This document shows, piece by piece, positions 60,870 to 64,000 of a stretch of DNA of 64,000 nt. Positions within the stretch are counted from its first letter, which is position 1; the number at the start of each line of letters is the position of its first letter. Made by a program: the position numbers and the translations under genes. The stretch is taken from the NCBI GenBank assembly GCA_963744145.1, contig CAVUSO010000001.1:7104001-7168000 (forward strand), read 5' to 3'. This DNA comes from an uncultured cyanobacterium (GTDB taxonomy: Bacteria; Cyanobacteriota; Cyanobacteriia; Cyanobacteriales; CAWUOF01). The notes beneath the pieces were generated by a model. The model was not told the DNA's origin and ran no database searches. It saw only the letters and a list, made by a program, of their open reading frames with translations.

Positions 60870-61141
60870 GATAACCCGTTGATGAAGTACATTCAATTAT
60901 CTCGTTTGGTTGGGCGGGTTTATGATGGTGATCTGTTTGGATCAGAATTAATTGGTGAACCCGCCCCTACAAATCCTGGTTGATTGTCATCATAAATTCA
61001 TCGACTTTTTGGTAAATAATCCCAGATCCGAATATATTTATCACCTGTAGGGGCGGGTTCACCGATGAATCTGCCACACATAAATAACCCTTGTGCCGAG
61101 CGCAGTCGAGGTATTAATGAACCCGCCCTGCCCCACAGATC
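60870..61141. mobile_element. Diverged copy of the MITE/REP family
   Basis: gggcgggtttatgatggtgatctg...ggtgaacccgcccctac; gtaggggcgggttcacc...cccacagatc. Boundaries approximate. Confidence 0.55.
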
Positions 61142-61198
61142 ACCTTAATGAACCTACCCATCTCACATCACTGCGTTGAATTCACCCTAAAAATGCCA

Positions 61199-61258
61199 AT
61201 GAATAGAAAAATCCTATTACAACAAAAAAAAGCAGATATTTTGGCGATCGCTCAAAAA
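61199..61258 (+). pseudogene. N-terminal remnant of a minimal nucleotidyltransferase (MNT) antitoxin
   Basis: MNRKILLQQKKADILAIAQK, then repeat DNA. Confidence 0.45.
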
Positions 61259-61284
61259 CCAAGAATTCCTCAAAATGAAACAAG

Positions 61285-61550
61285 AACAGCATTATGTCCG
61301 GATTTGTAGGGGCAAAGCATTTCGGCGAATAAATTATGACATAGACACAGAGAACTAGGACCGAAATGCTTTGCCCTCAGCCATTTATGAAGCCAACAGA
61401 TTGACTAGATCAACAGCATTATGTCCGGATTTGTAGGATTTGTAGGGGCAAAGCATTTCGGCGAATAAATTATGACATAGACACAGAGAACTAGAACCGA
61501 AATGCTTTGCCCTCAGCCATTTATGAAGCCAACAGATTGACTAGATCAAC
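61285..61550. repeat. Tandem duplication (127 and 136 bp) of a GTAG-type REPIN-containing unit
   Basis: Copies start at 61285 and 61412; the second has an extra gatttgtag. Confidence 0.9.
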
Positions 61551-61698
61551 CAAATAGAAATGTTTGATAATTGTCGCGGGGGCTGGGCGAAGCATTACCC
61601 AAATAGAGTTATCATTATAGATCATAAATTGTCGTGGGTAATGCTTCGCCCCTACGGGTGTTATGATCATTTATATAGATTAACTATACATAGAAAAA

Positions 61699-64000
61699 AT
61701 GACTAGAAGATTGATTGAAGATTGGTTACCTGCGGCAGCGATCGGTGAAGAAAGTGTTCGAGAGCGTCGCTCAATGACATCTTTACCTCCAATATACTAT
61801 CTTCATGTCTGGTTTGCGCGTCGTCCCCTTATCGCTTCTCGTGCAGCGATTCTTGCTTCTTTATTACCTGCGGATGCCGATCGCACTAAATTTATGCACA
61901 TTCTCGGTATTCATGGTGATCCTGTAGCTAGTCGGAGAAGAATTGATCAAGCTAAAAGAACAGGCGATCGCTTTGAAGGTCAAGCATATTCATATTCCCG
62001 TGCATTTAGTTACAATTCAACAAAAGAAGAAAAAGAATGGTTTATTACTGAGTTGGCAAAACTAGGAATTGAGAATCCTAGCGTACTTGATCCGACTGCT
62101 GGTGGTGGTAGCATACCTTTTGAAGCAAGTCGATTAGGATTAGCGGCGTTTGCAAATGACTTAAATCCTGTAGCAGCAACGATTCTTAAAGCAACTATCG
62201 AATTTCCTCAAACACACGGAGTTAAACTTTTAGAAGAGTTTGAAAGACTATCAAAAAAGTTTATTGAACGCAGAGAAGAAAGATTAACGCCGTTTTATCC
62301 TAAAGAACCAAAACCAAATTGTATTGGTACAAATTATATTTTCGCTCGAACAATTAAATGTCCTTATTGTGATGGATTAGTGCCACTTTCACCCAATTGG
62401 CGACTTGCACCTGATGGGACGGGCGTAAAACTTAAACCTAATTTAGAAACCCGGATCTGTGATTTTGAAATTGTCTATAAGATCAAAGACCAATCCGCAG
62501 GTACTGTTAAAGGTGGTGATGCGATGTGTTGCTATTCTGATTGTGGTAGAGCGATCGCTGGTGATGATGTGAAGCGTCAGGCACAAGCTGGGGGAATGGG
62601 CGATCAACTTTTTGCAGTAGTTTACAAAGAACGAATAGAAACTACAACCAAAAGCGGAAAACGTGGCAAAGATAAATGGAATCGTGGCTATCGCGCTCCT
62701 TTGGCTAATGATGACAATGTGGAAGAGATTAAAGTAAGACTTGCTGATAAGTTGATTGAATGGGAAGCACTAGACTTTATTCCAGCGGAGATACTACCGT
62801 TAGATACTGAATCTTGGATGCACGGTAATACACCTGTTCAGTATGAAGGAGCAAAAAGATTTACAGACCTATTTTCCCCTAGACAATTACTTTGTCATGG
62901 TATAAGTGTAGAAGTTTTTAGAGAAATTCTTGAAGAAGAGGAACAAAAAGGAACACTTGAAGAAGCAACTAAAGCAGCTTTTGTTTATTTAAGTTTTGCG
63001 ATCGATAAAATGCTTAACTACAATTCTCATTCTGGGCGTTGGGATATATCAACTGCCAGAGTTAGGTCTATTTTTGATCGGCATGATTTTGCTTTCGTAT
63101 GGTCTTATGCAGAAATGGCTCCCTTAATCGTCGGTCTAGGTTATGATTGGGCTATAGAACAAACAGGCAAATGTATAGAAGAATTAATCGAACTAACCCG
63201 TCCAGACATCGACATCAAAGCAGCAAAAAGTAAAGCAATCAATCCCAACTTATTTGAGTCAATCAAACCAAGAGCATCAACCACTATCACCTGTAAATCA
63301 GCCGATAATCTTGATCATATTCAAGATGAATTCATCGATGCAATTATCATCGATCCGCCTTACTACGATAACGTCATGTATGCCGAACTGAGCGACTTCT
63401 TTTATGTGTGGCTCAAACGCACAGCAGGCTATGTTTATCCCGAATTTTTCACCAGACAACTCACCGACAAAGAAAACGAAGCCGTAGCAAATCCTGCCAA
63501 ATTTCAAGGACAAAAAGGCGCAAAAGCCCTAGCAGCCAAAGACTATCAACAACGCATGGCAACAATTTTCACCGAATGTCGGCGAGTCCTCAAACCAGAA
63601 GGTATCCTCACTCTCATGTTTACCCACAAAGCCCAGGGCGCATGGGATGCTCTCGCATCAGGATTATTAGAAGCAGGATTTATCATCACCGCATCATGGG
63701 CAGTAAATACCGAAGCAGAAGGAAGCTTACACATCAAAGATAAAGCTGCTGCCAAAAGTACCATCTTTCTAGTTTGCCGCCCCCGTCCCCCCAAAACCGC
63801 AGATACAGAGATCCTTTACTGGGAAGACATCGAGCCACAAGTTGCAGCCAAAGTGCGATCGCGCGTCGGTGAATTTCAGAAAGGAGGAATCAAAGGAGTT
63901 GACCTATATCTCTCCTGTTTCGGTCCTGCATTGCAAGTTCTCTCCGAACATTTCCCACTGAAACGCGGCACTCCAAAAGTCCAAATTATCAAGAAAACAC
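61699..64000 (+). CDS. DUF1156-domain adenine DNA methyltransferase with Zn ribbon (partial, runs off the window)
   Basis: Absent from the ORF track. Hand-translated segments: [11 protein letters not shown]...[28 protein letters not shown], and [10 protein letters not shown] (checked in frame). Confidence 0.9.
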   Translation, partial: MTRRLIEDWLPAAAIGEESVRERRSMTSLPPIYYLHVWFARRPLIASRAAILASLLPADADRTKFMHILGIHGDPVASRRRIDQAKRTGDRFEGQAYSYSRAFSYNSTKEEKEWFITELAKLGIENPSVLDPTAGGGSIPFEASRLGLAAFANDLNPVAATILKATIEFPQTHGVKLLEEFERLSKKFIERREERLTPFYPKEPKPNCIGTNYIFARTIKCPYCDGLVPLSPNWRLAPDGTGVKLKPNLETRICDFEIVYKIKDQSAGTVKGGDAMCCYSDCGRAIAGDDVKRQAQAGGMGDQLFAVVYKERIETTTKSGKRGKDKWNRGYRAPLANDDNVEEIKVRLADKLIEWEALDFIPAEILPLDTESWMHGNTPVQYEGAKRFTDLFSPRQLLCHGISVEVFREILEEEEQKGTLEEATKAAFVYLSFAIDKMLNYNSHSGRWDISTARVRSIFDRHDFAFVWSYAEMAPLIVGLGYDWAIEQTGKCIEELIELTRPDIDIKAAKSKAINPNLFESIKPRASTTITCKSADNLDHIQDEFIDAIIIDPPYYDNVMYAELSDFFYVWLKRTAGYVYPEFFTRQLTDKENEAVANPAKFQGQKGAKALAAKDYQQRMATIFTECRRVLKPEGILTLMFTHKAQGAWDALASGLLEAGFIITASWAVNTEAEGSLHIKDKAAAKSTIFLVCRPRPPKTADTEILYWEDIEPQVAAKVRSRVGEFQKGGIKGVDLYLSCFGPALQVLSEHFPLKRGTPKVQIIKKT

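Noticed and set aside
61285..61550. Possible CRISPR or tRNA-like repeat
   Set aside because: Only two near-identical units of a REPIN-like hairpin, with no spacers and no cloverleaf.
63298..63794. Three short ORFs near the right end
   Set aside because: Shadow frames of the DUF1156 gene.

Overview
A 64-kb chromosomal window from a cyanobacterium, as shown by abundant HIP1 GCGATCGC, bioU, ycf37, xisH/xisI and cyanobacterial-type pilB. It is mostly housekeeping genes (lipA, ubiH-like, ABC-F, rpmI-rplT, pilB-pilT-pilC, bioU, thrC-like with two MoaD/ThiS carriers, moaC, two-component genes) mixed with GTAG-type palindromic repeats, MITEs and decayed IS/toxin-antitoxin fragments. Highlights: (1) A ~13-kb minus-strand RiPP/bacteriocin-like cluster (18474-31392). 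It is headed by a 55-aa double-glycine-type precursor that the ORF track missed (core CACGDSVCPCYAQPTQPSNPF). Its only candidate maturase is a MauE/DoxX-thioredoxin fusion, followed by NHLP-type C39/ABC exporters, a MacA/MacB-like pair and TolC; both membrane-fusion genes carry +1 frameshifts. (2) A tRNA-Arg(CCU) gene split by a 238-nt group I intron. (3) Two tandem, unannotated paralogous micropeptides (NPYxxYRDPxTGxWxVI), with two tandem sRNA-like modules upstream. (4) A thrC-like gene flanked by sulfur carriers behind an IscR/Rrf2-like operator. (5) The start of a DUF499/small protein/DUF1156 restriction-like anti-phage system running off the right end. All calls come from reading the sequence by eye; no searches were run.
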